Part shown: piece by piece, positions 10,520 to 22,689 of the stretch
Position numbering within the stretch: the stretch's first letter is position 1
How the letters are laid out: each line of letters begins with the position of its first letter
Origin: Macrostomum hystrix
Lineage: Eukaryota > Animalia > Platyhelminthes
NCBI GenBank assembly: GCA_950097015.1
Contig: CATNEN010000031.1
Span: 558,001-622,000, forward strand
Length of the DNA stretch: 64,000 nt
Reading direction: 5' to 3'
Notes under the pieces: model-generated
The model's database searches: none
The model's input: the letters and a program-made list of their open reading frames with translations, nothing else
Told to the model about the DNA's origin: nothing
Position numbers and translations under genes: made by a program

Positions 10520-12818
10520 TCAGTCCATCCGCTTAGCTCGCTGCCTCTCCTCGCGCACCTTGGCGGCTAGGTCGAAGAACAGATTCCGGCCCAGAGCGTC
10601 AGAGGCGCACAGCAGCCCGCCGACCAGGCCGCCAACGAAGCCGCAACTGGCCACGTCTTGGCCGGCGCACAGGAGGCCAGGGACGCCAACGTCTGGTCGT
10701 AGACGAGCACAGCCGTCAGCTGAGGTGCGGGCAAGCCCATGATCCAGGCCGTAGATTTCTCCTTGGCGCGAGCCAATGTAGAAATTGTTGGTAACGGGTG
10801 AACCAATCTCGAAGGCCTCAACCTCCAGGTCGGCTAGCTGCGGGTAGATGGCCTTGGTTTGCTCCCATAGGCGACGGCCGATGGCACCTTTAAAGCTCTC
10901 ATAGTCGGCGCCGCGGTGCTTGACTCGGGCGTCAGACCACTGGGCGAACCATTCCCAGTTGGTGAGTGTCACCAACGCGCAGGTCAGTCGGTCCGGAGCG
11001 GCCCGCTGAGCCCAGGTTGGGTCCTTCAGTGAGGGAAAGGACACAAACATCAGCGGAGCGTCAGAGGCTGCGGCCTCTTGCGGGTCGAGAGCCAGGTAGT
11101 CAGAGATGGACTTGTCCAGATTGGCATCCGTGAATCGCCAGACATTCTGGCGACGCAGGCCGAGCGACTCGACGGGCTGGTCGCTGGAAAGCTTTAGGCC
11201 GACAAACACGGACATGGCGGCCACGCCAATCGGCAAATCAGTCAGAAGGCCAGGCAGGCGACCCTTAGGAATACCGGGTGGCATCAATGCTGCGGTGTTG
11301 TTGAGGCCGGCGGCGGAGATTACCAGCGGTGCTCGAATCTCCGTTTTGCCATTGACAAGCACGCCTTCGATGCGTCCTGTGGCCTGATTGCCAAGCAGCT
11401 GGGTCACGCGAGCTCGAACAAGAACCTCACCGCCGGAGCGCCGAATGACCGGCAGGATTGTGTATGCGATCTCGCTGGCCCCGCCGACAGGGTAAAAGGC
11501 GCCAACGCTCTGGAAGTGATTGAACAGCCAGACCTGCATGACCACGGAAGCCTGGCTGGGTGCGGTGCCATAGTCGCCGAAGCAGTAGCTGAGAACTGCC
11601 CGCAGCTCAGCATTGTCTGTCAGGCGCGCCAAGTAAGAGTCGATGCTATCGTCAAGGTGTCTAAAACATTTCAAATGACACAAGTGAAAGCTGGGAATGC
11701 CACTATTCAGAACTAGTTACTCGTAGCTTGAACCCTTTTAGTCTAGGAAAGGTATATAAATACGAGTTAATAAGCTGACACGTACCTGAAGATTGGAAAG
11801 AAGAATTTCAACAAGCCTGACTTGGCAAGAAATCTACTGAGAGTCAGTGGTAGAAATTTCAAAGCCCAGTAAGGCTCCGAGCCTTTGTGCAGCGAGTCAG
11901 CAAAGTCGAAGAATTTTTTCACTGCCTCAGTGTCGTTCGGAAATCTTTCGCATAGGAGGTTGATGAACTTGCGTCTGTCAGCGCTCACATTGTACACCCG
12001 CTTGTTCTCATCGTCCCCGATCATGATGGTGTCGTAGCAGTCGGGGTCCAGCGGTGCCCAGTCCAGCTGGCCATCAGTCAGCTGCAAGAGAAGGGTCGGG
12101 TGCGCTTGCAAGCTGCTTAGATGCCAAAATTTTGGCTCACCTACAGCAGTCAATCTTGATCAAAACTCATCAAGCTGCTTTCCTGATCAACCCATTAAGC
12201 CTCATCAGCAACTCACCTGGTGAACTTATTAATCCTCATCAAGCTGCTCACCTGCTTAACCCGTCAATACCTCATCAGGATGCTCACCTGCTCAACCTAT
12301 AAGTCCTCATTAAGCCACTCAAATAGTCAACACATCAATTCTCATCAAGCCAATCACCTGGTCAACACATCAATCCTCATAAAGCCACTCACCTGGTCAA
12401 CCAGTACACGCATGTCGCGCCCAGGCGCCATCTCCCCGATGTAGTGAATGCCGACATCGAACTCGTAGCCGCGCTCCCAGAATGTGTGACAGCAGCCACC
12501 AGCCACATCATGCTGCTCCAGCACCAGAACCCGCCGCCCAGCCCTGGCAAGGAGGGCTGCCGCCGAAAGACCGCCGATGCCGGAACCGACAACGATAGCG
12601 TCGAGGTTGTCAGGTACTCGGGCCGGCGAGAAGCCACATTTTAGCGATTCGTCGCGCACCGATTGACGAATCTCCACAGCAGAACGAGCTGGCAGCTGCG
12701 ACGGAGGAATAAACGGGTTTGGCGCCTGGTTGCTGCTGCCTGATAAAAGTCGGCGAAGCAGCCAGAGGATACCACCAGCGATGGCGGCGACTCCAATTAG
12801 AGTCAATGAGGCCCACAT
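10520..12818 (-). CDS. RETSAT: All-trans-retinol 13,14-reductase-like (phytoene desaturase family FAD oxidoreductase); exons 12818-12393, 12081-11786, 11660-10520
   Basis: N-terminal TM segment and the Rossmann motif VVGSGIGGLSAAALLARAGRRVLVLEQHDVAGGCCHTF..GYEFDVGIHYIG. Also YCFGDYG, FYPVGGASEIA, FVSFPSLKDPTW, GEIYGLDH and GQDVASCG. Both introns are GT-AG and keep frame (phases 0 and 2). Confidence 0.92.
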
Positions 12819-13744
12819 CTGAATGTTCTGTGTGGAATCGGACAACTGAACTCTGCAGGCAAGCGAATATGGCCTAAATCAGGTAAATTCTGTTAAAAAT
12901 CTAAATTTCAAATGACTGAGCAATTATTTTTTCGAGGCAGAAACAAAACAACAAGTAAAATAAAAATTAAAATCGAACTTATCTCTACAAAGGATCAGTA
13001 GCAAAGGAAAGGGACAGTGGAGTGGAAAGGCTGTCTAGTTTATAACGAAAAGAAAAAGCCGGTTGAAAGCAGTTGTTAGTGCGAAGTAGCAAAGTCCAAA
13101 CGTCTACTGCCTGCACGTTCTACCCCTGGAATATGGGTAGACTGTAAAGGGTATATGTGCGGCCAGTTGTGCAGCGTACATTGTGTGTTGTAAGTACAGT
13201 GAGAGTGCTGATAATGCGAAATTACGACAATCGGAAGATTTTCAAGCGGTGAGTTGAAAGCTGAGCAGTCTAGCTGGACTTTGCTCACTTCAAGCCTTTC
13301 TTATCGAGCAGCAATTTAAATTTTATCTTTGATTCAAAATTTTATTAAGCATTTCGTTCTTTAAACCTGAGTTGATCAGGTATGAAACGCAGTTTTAATT
13401 CAGTAAGTGTCATTTTTAGCTTTTGGGCTGAATTTAATTTTCATAACAAAAAATAAATAAAAGCTGCCGGTGGGAGATGGACCTTGCCTGTTTAAGGCAC
13501 CTAAATGAGACAAAAGTCCAGGCCAGTGATCTGGAACTGGCATCAACTGTAGGTGCGAGAAAAATCCAATTAGCTCGTAAACAGATAGAAATAAAAATAT
13601 TAGAACTGCACATTTTACTACATTTTGGAAGGGTTAAACGTTGAAAACTATACCGAGACAAAGCCTTACGAGTACATTTAACTGCCTACTTAAGGTTCCA
13701 CTTTAAAACATTCGGCGTTCGCAATAGTTTCGCTGGGGGATGTA

Positions 13745-14617
13745 CACTCAGCAACATTTAAAACCGCCACCCTAGAGCGAGGGAAACGATTCATCTCAAC
13801 TCACTACCACAAATGACGCAATGTGCACCTCAGAGAGGTCAAAAACCGCGAATGACGCAATGCACTCTGCTCACCCACCCCGACTCCGTGGGGTAACCAG
13901 AGAAACGAAAGAGAGTCAAACTACCTGACAGTAGCATGGAAATTCGGGTGTGTTATTAAATAACTGCTGCCTCCAGTGAATTCGCTGCATCGCCCACAGC
14001 TCTCGTGTGGCGCTGTGAGCAGGCGTCAGTCGGGGGCGCTTGCGCATCTTCCGGCAGCGCAGCCCAGCCGCCTAAATTCTCCGTCGAATTGTTTGGGCGC
14101 TCAAGATGTTCCCGCGCCTGCTTCTTTCACCCCAGATGAGTCGAAGCAATGTGGCAGGTAAGGTGGGGTTTCCCCTCACAATTCGCAGCAGTCGCCGATC
14201 AGCCCTTGCTGTGCTGCGCAGATGACGGCGCTGGACTCCACGACTTGCGTGCGCGACACTGCCAGTGTCTCTGGACTTCTGCAGAAGGCTGCGAATCGTC
14301 GAACGTGATCTGCCGAATTGACGGGCTACTGCTCGGATGGACATTCCGGCCTCAAGCATGCCTATGGCTCGCCATCGTTCACCATCGGTCATTCGGCGGA
14401 CCATTTTGGAGATAACGAGTAATACTGGTTACTCTAGATGCATTTTGACTGAGTGGGCTAAATCATCCATTTTGAACTTCGCGATAACCCTTTACCCACC
14501 CCACTCTCCCACGGTAGCTCTCCTTGCAGTCAGGTGCACATTACGTAATTTGCGGCAGTGAGTTGAGATCAACCGTTCCCCTCGCTCTAGGGTGGCGGTT
14601 TTTAATGTTGCTGAGTA
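13745..14617 (-). mobile_element. Tc1/mariner transposon, internally deleted (TIRs plus paired-like DNA-binding domain only)
   Basis: ~85-bp imperfect TIRs (CACTCAGCAACATTTAAAACCGCCACCCTAGAGCGAGGG... / ...CCCTCGCTCTAGGGTGGCGGTTTTTAATGTTGCTGAGTA), flanked by TA at 13743-13744 and 14618-14619. ORF 14404-14072 (MVRRMTDGERWRAIGMLEAGMSIRAVARQFGRSRSTI...SAQTIRRR) is a Tc1/Tc3 bipartite HTH. No DDE domain. Confidence 0.9.
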
Positions 14618-15067
14618 TAATTGGTTTTGTAAATTTTGTTTTCTTTTTTCGTACATTTTTGCACTTTGTTAGTATCTAAATTTGTTATTCTCTTTGTAAA
14701 TCAGCTCAGAGTAGTAACGCACGTCACTCAAGCGTTGGGGTTTTTGTACCGCCTATAAGTTATGTTAGAGTTTACTTAACAAATTCAAACGCCTCGGTCA
14801 ATTGGAATTTTTAACTCAAATATGTTAAGTTAAATTAGTTTAGAATAAGTTCGATCATTGTATATAAATTGCCGTCTGATTTACAACCACAATTCACTGT
14901 GAAACATACCTGCAGTTTTGAGTAGTACAGTTAGCCAATATCTGTTGCTCAAAATCAGTTCGAAGTTTATTTTTATCTGAAAAAAACTAGCCAGTATATA
15001 AAGAATGTATGTGTCGGAACTATATTCCTCCAATTCTTAGCCTTGCATTCCTAATGGACTTTTAGTC

Positions 15068-15307
15068 CATTGACATATAACCAAGTGTGCGTAAACGTCG
15101 CAAGCTCGTGTATAGTTTATGGCCCAAAGGCCATCAAAGAAATAGATTGAAGTGTGCAGTAAATTCCGCAACTGTGCGGTAAATCTTGCCCCACTTGATC
15201 TCCGTGCCATCCCTCTTCTGAGCTACTATGCAGTAAATCCCAGACGGGTATTTTCTATGGGCCGAAGGAGCTGGTCTTGCGCACACACACTTGGTCATAA
15301 ATCAATG
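15068..15307. mobile_element. 240-bp non-autonomous element with the same terminal architecture as the Crypton at 20766-22689
   Basis: Termini CATTGACATATAACCAAGTGTG and CACACTTGGTCATAAATCAATG form an imperfect inverted repeat. Internal TATGG and GTGCRGTAAATYC motifs occur at spacings matching the large element. Confidence 0.75.
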
Positions 15308-16003
15308 CACTAGGAAGCCTAGCAAAAATCTACCATTCAGCACCTTAGTTGCAGCTAAACTTATTTATTGTCTATGACCTCATTCTTTGCGTTTACCACC
15401 TTTATATCTATGTGCAAGACCTCCTCTCTGATACAGGTTGCTCTTAGCTTTGCTCCCCTCTAGCGCGTCCAATATTCTTCTTGCTGCTTTACCTTTTTGC
15501 TTCCACTGCCATGAAATAAACTCTATCCAAACTGCTAATTAGTTTGTTGTCCAAGCGACGGTATGTAACAGTGTGACATTATTAAACTAATACTACGGGG
15601 ACTTGGAGCCCATGAGCAGTTGATTTTTTAACGTTTTTAGCTACGAGTACATTATCTACCTCATATCCGTTTAAGTACAAAAGTATAAAAGTACAGCATA
15701 ATTTTGCGCAAAACAATACTCGGAGATCGACTAGCGACTGTGGTAGAATACTGGATATACTTACTGAATGAAACGTGTAAGGTACTAAAATTCAACATAA
15801 ACAGGATTTGCCCATTTGTTTCTCAAATAGTGTTCATGGCAAGCATTCTAGTTTCGATGCAGTATTGAAATTTAAATGAGGACTCACAGTAACTAATGCA
15901 ACTAAGTTTTTGAAACCGTGAGCAATGGACCATGTTTGATTTTTCGAGGTGACAGACGATGTCTGTTTTCACAAAAATTCTTCATTTATCCTAAAGCTGT
16001 CCT

Positions 16004-19000
16004 TCAAGCATCCTCGTCACCGACTTCCATCGCGACGGCGCCATTCTGAATTGCCATGGCAAGCACTGCGGCTGCAGCTGCCGTGCCGGGCTCAACGCTG
16101 TTGGTTCGGCTGCGCACGTCAGAGATCACCCGCCGGCGCACATCCGGATAGTCAGCCAGCGCGCCCACAACGGCGTCGTGAACAGACACGTAGACGCAGG
16201 ACGACCGATCAGGAAACTCACTGCGCTCCAACATCCGCCGGAACCGGTGAGGGCAGCAGGCGAATAGGAGACTGACACCGGCTTTTTTATAGTCTACGGC
16301 CAGCGTCTGTAGAAAGCGCGCGCCGACGCTGTCGACATAGTTGACACCGGAGCAGTCCAGCACAATGTGGTGCAGGCTTTCGTCTTCGCGGCGTGCCAGC
16401 TTCGGATCAAAACCTGTCAGTTTGGTCAGCTTTTTGCGGAAGTTCTCCACGCTGGCAAAGTATAAGGCTCCGTCGAAGCGGAATACCACCACGCCTGGGA
16501 CCTGCGAGCGTCAGGTGAAGGATTTCTTGCCTATTCCACTTAAAGGACTTCCGTTTCAGTTTAATTCCAAGTAAGCAAAAAATATTGGCATTGAGGAAAC
16601 AATCGTTGGATTCAGAAAAAGAATAGAAATGATGGCGAGCTTGGTTGCTTTGAATATCCCTTCAGCTTTTTTAGAATCATTTAGAATCATTACAATCATA
16701 TGTTAGAAGTACGCATAACGAAGTGGAAGTTAGCGCAACATCTTAAATCTTTGACTCTCAGAAAAACGAAACCAAAGACAACATAATAAAGGATTAGCTA
16801 CCTGCACAGCACATGGATAATATTTGTAGTCTTTGTAGATGTCTGTCAGCGGCAGACGGCCCAGAATCGATACCCTTGGCGACTGGGTTCTGCACACAAC
16901 AGTCAGCAGGCTGTACGCGAAACCGATCACCAAACCATAAGTGACGTTAAGCACAACCACGCCAACAAAGCAGACCGTCCAGATGCTGAAGTCGAACTTG
17001 GAGACTCGATACAGGTGCTTGGCGTCGGCAAACTGCATTAGTAAACCCTTTAACGCCACCACGATGATGCAGGCCAATACAGCGTTGGGCAGCTGGCCGA
17101 ACAAGGGGCCCAGAAATAACAGCACGAACAGCATGAGAGTGGCCGACACAAGGCTAGACAGCTGTGTCTTTCCGCCCAGTTCAGCTTGGACCTGCGTGCA
17201 ATAGGAATCACATGGGCTACATTACTGAGCTGCATATATGGACATACCAAAAAGTGGCTGAAAATTTAGTCCGACATACGAGCGTAAATGCAGCCCATTC
17301 TACGCTTTTTGGCAAATAACATAACACAAGAGAATGCATGGAATATTCCATATTCTAATACGAGGAAAGTACTTTCGGCGCACAAGTGTCTTAATTCCAT
17401 CCGGATCGAGGCCATGAAATTACCACAAATGATCCACAAAAAACGAGTGTATCATTTTAGTTACCATTGTAAACATGAAAATATTATATTGGTAGAAAAT
17501 AGCTGACACGAGCGACTAAAACAACAGGTGAACCAACACGGCTACATAGCATACAATTCACCTGTAGTACGAACGTAGTGATGACAAAATGTAACTAACC
17601 TGAGAGCGGCTCAGCGATCCGGCCGAGAAGTAGCAGCCAAATACAGGCCCGACTGTGTTCACTAAACCGTAAGCGAATAGTTCCTGATTTGCATCCAGTA
17701 GATAGTTATTCTTGTCTGCGTAAATTTTGCACACAGAATAGGTGCAGACGTACATAACTACTGCCAGTAGCGCAGCGTCCTGCAACAGGAGAGGCCAGAT
17801 CCGAACGCTGGGCAGTTGCGGAGCAGCGATGCCGCTCGGAATGGCGCCAACAGTGCGAAGGCCATATTTTGTCTCCAGGTTGGCCAAATGGGAAACGGTG
17901 GTTGCACCCACAACAAGCAGCAGTTCGATGGGCACGGGGAAGCGGCATTTCTGTCGCAGTCGATCACTTAGGAACAGGCGATATACTAGCAGCAGGGCCA
18001 GAGAGATCACGGACACGAGCACGCTCACCGGGTTGGTTTCACCCAGGCGGCGAGCTGCATCAGCGTAGAATACGGCCAGCTCGAAGTGGCTCTCGCGTCG
18101 CGGCACCCGGATGCCAAAGATGGCCGGCACCTGCCAGCGGATTTAGAGTTTGAAGCTGAAGTCAAAGAGCCTGATCAAGCATGCCGCAGTTTGGCTAGCA
18201 AAGTTAACCTTGCTAACATCCCTCATAATATGCCAACATAGCATGCCCCTACGAATTGAAAACCCACCTGTGAGCTGAGCACATGAAGCGCAGCTCCCGT
18301 AGTGAAGCCGGAAACCAGTGGGGTGCTCAAGTACAGAGTGATGAAGCCGAATCTTAGTACTCCTAGTAAAATTTGCATCAGGCCAGCCAGCAGGGTGACA
18401 CTCAGAGCAACCTGGGTTCTGTACCATGCCTTCGCCTCGCCTGATAGTGGGCTGCCTGTTGGCGTTGAGATTGTCTCATTGGCATCCGAAGGCATCGGCG
18501 GTGGGCCGAGGCTGTCAATGAGCTCCTGGGATGGCAGACGACCCGAGCCTCCGGCCAGACGGGACACGGGCTCAGCCAGCATCAGGCTTGCGATGGCAAA
18601 TGTGCCGATGCTCACCTGAATTGTGTTCAGAAATGAGAGATGAGCCTCATTTTCAGATGCTTTCGCATTAAGGGCGACCATGCTCAACCATGGTGGATGG
18701 GTATTATATGCCACAAGCCTGGGCACACTTTAGTTTTTTATGAAATTCGTAAATATATATTTGCAAATATCAGCGCAAAGTTTAAAACTAATATCACTGA
18801 AAGTGCAACTAGCCTACAACCAAGCCCAACCTGCACACCTGTCTCGACGTTCCAAACAAGAAGTACAAGAGAAGCGGCACGAAACCCAGGTAGAGGCCGC
18901 ACACCGGCGGCAGTCCAGCAAGCAGGGCGTAGGCCATGCCCTGTGGGATATTCATGATGCCAACGGTCAGGCCGGCAGCTAGGTCAGACAGCAGGTCGTT

Positions 19001-19399
19001 CCGAGGACGATACGCGCGCATGATGGCTAGGCAGGGCAGCAGGCGGAAGACTGTGGAGCGGACACACTCGCCACTGCATCGAAGGCTCAGCAGCCGACGG
19101 TACAGGAGGCCGCCACCACCACCTCTGCTGCCGCTGAGACCTGCTTGGCGACCACCATCGATACCGTTTCCAGATCTGGGCGGCAGTGTGAACTGGTAGC
19201 GCGCGTCAAAGTTAAACTGCGTGAAGATGGGCCGGCTGACGCGAATTCTCTGCTTGCCAACTGCTGCTGGCCATCCAGAATCGCGGCGACGGTCTTGTCG
19301 TTGATGATGCTGTTGTTGTTGAAGCATCTTGTCCGTATCGCTGACATCGGGTTCAGTCGTCTGAACTTGCAGCTCCTGTTCCTCCACTATGCTGTCCAT
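16004..19399 (-). CDS. SLC26 anion transporter (prestin/SLC26A5-A6-like, ~775 aa); exons 19399-18839, 18615-18268, 18130-17600, 17191-16802, 16501-16004
   Basis: Signature DLAAGLTVGIMNIPQGMAYALLAGLPPVCGLY..FGTSRQVSIGTFA; VSGFTTGAA; ANQELFAYG; GSLSRS; GGKTQLSSLVS. The STAS domain has VVVFRFDGALYFAS...HIVLDCSGVNYVDSVG. Four phase-0 GT-AG introns. Confidence 0.95.
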
Positions 19400-20765
19400 T
19401 ATCGCTCGCTAAACAGCAATTTCCTTAAAATGAAAGCAATTAGTTAGTATATTTATGACTTAACGTCTGACATCTGGATTTGCAGTGAATATCGACGGGG
19501 GTCGTTTTCTAGGATGCTGACAATTTAAAAATAAATTTTCTTAGATTCAGATGTTCTGTTGTCAGGAAACAGGAGCCAACAGAAAAAAAACGCTTTTTTG
19601 GCTTGGGTGCACGTTAGCAAACAAATATAACTGTTATTTCTGGCGCAACACTCATAGAGCAAACTCACTTAAATCCGTTGTTAATATTTGAGAATCAGCA
19701 AGAAATTTTGTCCGTCAAGCTGTGCGAAGCAAACGAGTAACGAAAACGAATTTATGCAAACTCGACTTACATAAGCAAAATATCGCATTATGTAACCTGA
19801 AGTCTGGAGTGCATTGAGCAAAGCTGTAAGTGCCTTTCAAGAACTAAACTAGACAAAGCAAAATACGCATCTAGAGCTAACAAGACACGACTGGCTGCAG
19901 AATATATACATATATACAAATTATGCAAGGCCATATCTAACACTAAAGGAAACAGTCATGAATAAGTATATTTTGTCCACTGACAGAAGCGGCGACGTGG
20001 CTTACCAAAACCAGTTCTTCTTTCTTGTATTCTTGTTACTTAGGAGTTTTTTACTTAAACTTGCCGCCGAGAAACAAAAAATATATGAGGGCCCAGTAAA
20101 AAAGTGAAATTCACCTTTTAAGCAGTTTGCTTGAGAGAATCGAGAAATTCGTAGAGGCATCTCGCTCAGCAACTGATTATGTTTCTGGTCGGAGCTTAAA
20201 TAGCGACAGGAAATATTTTATTCATTCGCTTTACGTTTTGGAGTCTCTCTTATAACTGACTAGCTGCAGAAAGGCGAGCTTTTGTATATTGGCCATTATG
20301 CAGCAGAGATCGAGAGCGACAGACACAATGCGTAGGGACTATCGCTGTCATGCTTCGATGCACACTATGGCCCACTTTTAGGGCTATAGTAAGTAGCTCT
20401 GTTCTTGCAATACTTTTTGTCCACTAAATACAAGCTTTTCGAGCCTGGAGGCCATTGTAAGTCAACTTATTCACTCATTTATAGCACAACGTTCGAGATT
20501 TCAGTACCTGTTGAAACGTTATTTTGCTCAATGGTAAAGTCTTTTACTAGCTGTAGTAAGTCTTAAGGGTCGTCCTAAACGTTCTTTGAAGCGGTCTTAA
20601 TTATTTCAGATAGTGCTAGCCAAACGAGGCGAATTGTCATGTAAAATACGTATTTGCATGACATGTATAATTACGTATAAGGCATATTATAATGCAATTA
20701 CGTATAATTACGTATAATGCATATTTTTAATATAACAGTTCGTGAAAATTACTTCGAGCGCATTT

Positions 20766-22689
20766 TTCATTGACATATGGCCAAACATTCTTAAATTGCT
20801 GACACTATTCATTGTCTATGGCCAAAAAGCAATCCTTCACCAAAAAGCAACGCGACTGTGCAGTAAATCCCAAGCCGTGCTGTAAATTCCAACCACCGTG
20901 CTGTAAATTCCCGCACGTAGTCAACTTATTAAATTTATTTAAGTCAATAGACGAACAAGTGCACATTAGAAAGTGCAACAACAAACAAAGCAAAGTTTTT
21001 ATGGCAAACCCAGTACATCAAGAACACACCTGTTAGTTGCGGCGTCTTTCACATCTTTCCAAATGTGCAGTTGCTGACCGGTGCGTGAAAATTAAAAACA
21101 ACGTGCACGGTTGTTTTCTCAGCATCGTCACCACTCTGGCTTGTAGGCGAGGCATTCTGGGCTCGACGTACCGATCTGTGTGGCTTACAGCAGGCTGTTT
21201 TCGTGGGGGCTCCACGACAGCATCGGTTGTAGAATTCAAGGACTCATGAAGGGAGCCGCACATCTCTTGCATCTCACCGACATAGCGGGATCCAAACCGC
21301 AGGTACCGCTCAACGGTTTTTGTCGCCTTGTGTCCTGTCACCTTGCAAATATCGGACACACTGTGTCCGGCATCTGCAAGTCGCTTGACAACAGTCGGTC
21401 GAACGTTATGTCCAGTTTAGCGCTTGCTAAGGCCGGCATCCTCGCTGATGCGAGCCATCATTCCGGTCAGAGTATTGATGCCGATAGGCTGTTTCCCAAA
21501 ATACCAGTTGCTGTTCTCATAACCCTTCTCTCGCGGCTTCAGAAAAAAGGCGGCTTTAGACGAAGCACCCACAGCAGTTGCTGATGATGTACAGGCAATA
21601 GATTCCTCTCTCTTCACCAAGTACAAACGGAGACACTGCACAGGGCAATGAACATCGGCACTGGTCATTACAGACTCCTTCACATTGCACGAAGCAACTC
21701 TTGTCAAGTCGTTTCCAACATTCTTCACCTTTCCCTCGCGCAAGCGAACAATCTCCCGGCCGTCGGGCGCCCTACCGAAGACAAAGCTATCGGTACTCAA
21801 ACCACGTAGCCACTCTCGTCCTCTGGTCCCAAAGTAGTAAACCGTGTTATAATATACTTCTTGAAGCAGTCTCAACGGAGTAGAACGGTTAAAGTAGGCA
21901 GACAGACGCGCCAAATCCTCAGGATCGATTGCTTCGAAGTGAGACACGGAACCTCCCTCGTTGAAGAAACGCCGTCCGACCGTCTTAAGAGTCTCATTGG
22001 CTCGGTAAAACTCTGGGTCAGCAATGATGTTGAAACTTCTTTGCCGCATGAAGAAGCGGAAAAGCGCGATCCTGAATACATACGAGTGTCGCAGGAGCAT
22101 AAGCCTTTCCATCATGCCTCTTCAATGTCCCGTAGAAATACCACAGGGCGTTATTCAGATCCTCCTTCGTACAGGAAGTCACTTCGAACTTCATGGCCGG
22201 ATATGCAGATACAAACTTCCGAAAGAGGCCCAAGTAGAGAACTTCTTGTCGCTTTGTCCCTTCAACACAGTTGATCTTCTCAAGTTCCTGCAAATCTACG
22301 TCCAACTGCGTCAGTGCAGATTCTTCCTGGCCAGGTCCATCGATCTCCGGTAACAATTCGAAGAGTTTGTTGCTCACCTCGTCGAGATCTTCGGTAAAAT
22401 CGTCAGCGACACCCAGTTGCTCGTCAACCAGTGCCATCACTTCCTGCCAGGCCAAAGCCTCATCAATCTCCATAGACGCAAGACCCGAAATCATTTCATT
22501 CGGAAATTTAGAGTAGTCAATTAGTCTAATGATTCGAGACTTTTTCGGTTGTATTTCTTCGCTCGTCTCTACTTTCTGGCCAAACCTAAATTTCACTTAT
22601 ACCTCTTATAGTCCATGCGTGCGGTAAATTCCAATCTATCTATGTCTATGGCTAAAACCAGAAGAATGCTTTGCCCATAAATCAATGAA
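20766..22689 (-). mobile_element. Tyrosine-recombinase DNA transposon (Crypton-type) with ~28-bp terminal inverted repeats
   Basis: Left end TTCATTGACATATGGCCAAACATTCTT (20766-20792). Right end AAGAATGCTTTGCCCATAAATCAATGAA (22662-22689). These enclose a DUF3504/YR-like coding region. Confidence 0.8.
21033..22596 (-). pseudogene. Crypton-type tyrosine recombinase (DUF3504/QRICH1-ZMYM-like), disrupted
   Basis: LNNALWYFYGTLKRHDGKAYAPATL / FNIIADPEFYRANETL / YFGTRGRE (catalytic R) / HCPVQCLRLYL / WYFGKQPIGINTL / KR*TGHNVRPT (HxxR) / ICKVTGHK (H) / VERY (catalytic Y). One frameshift near 22075 and an in-frame TAA at 21419-21417. Confidence 0.85.
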
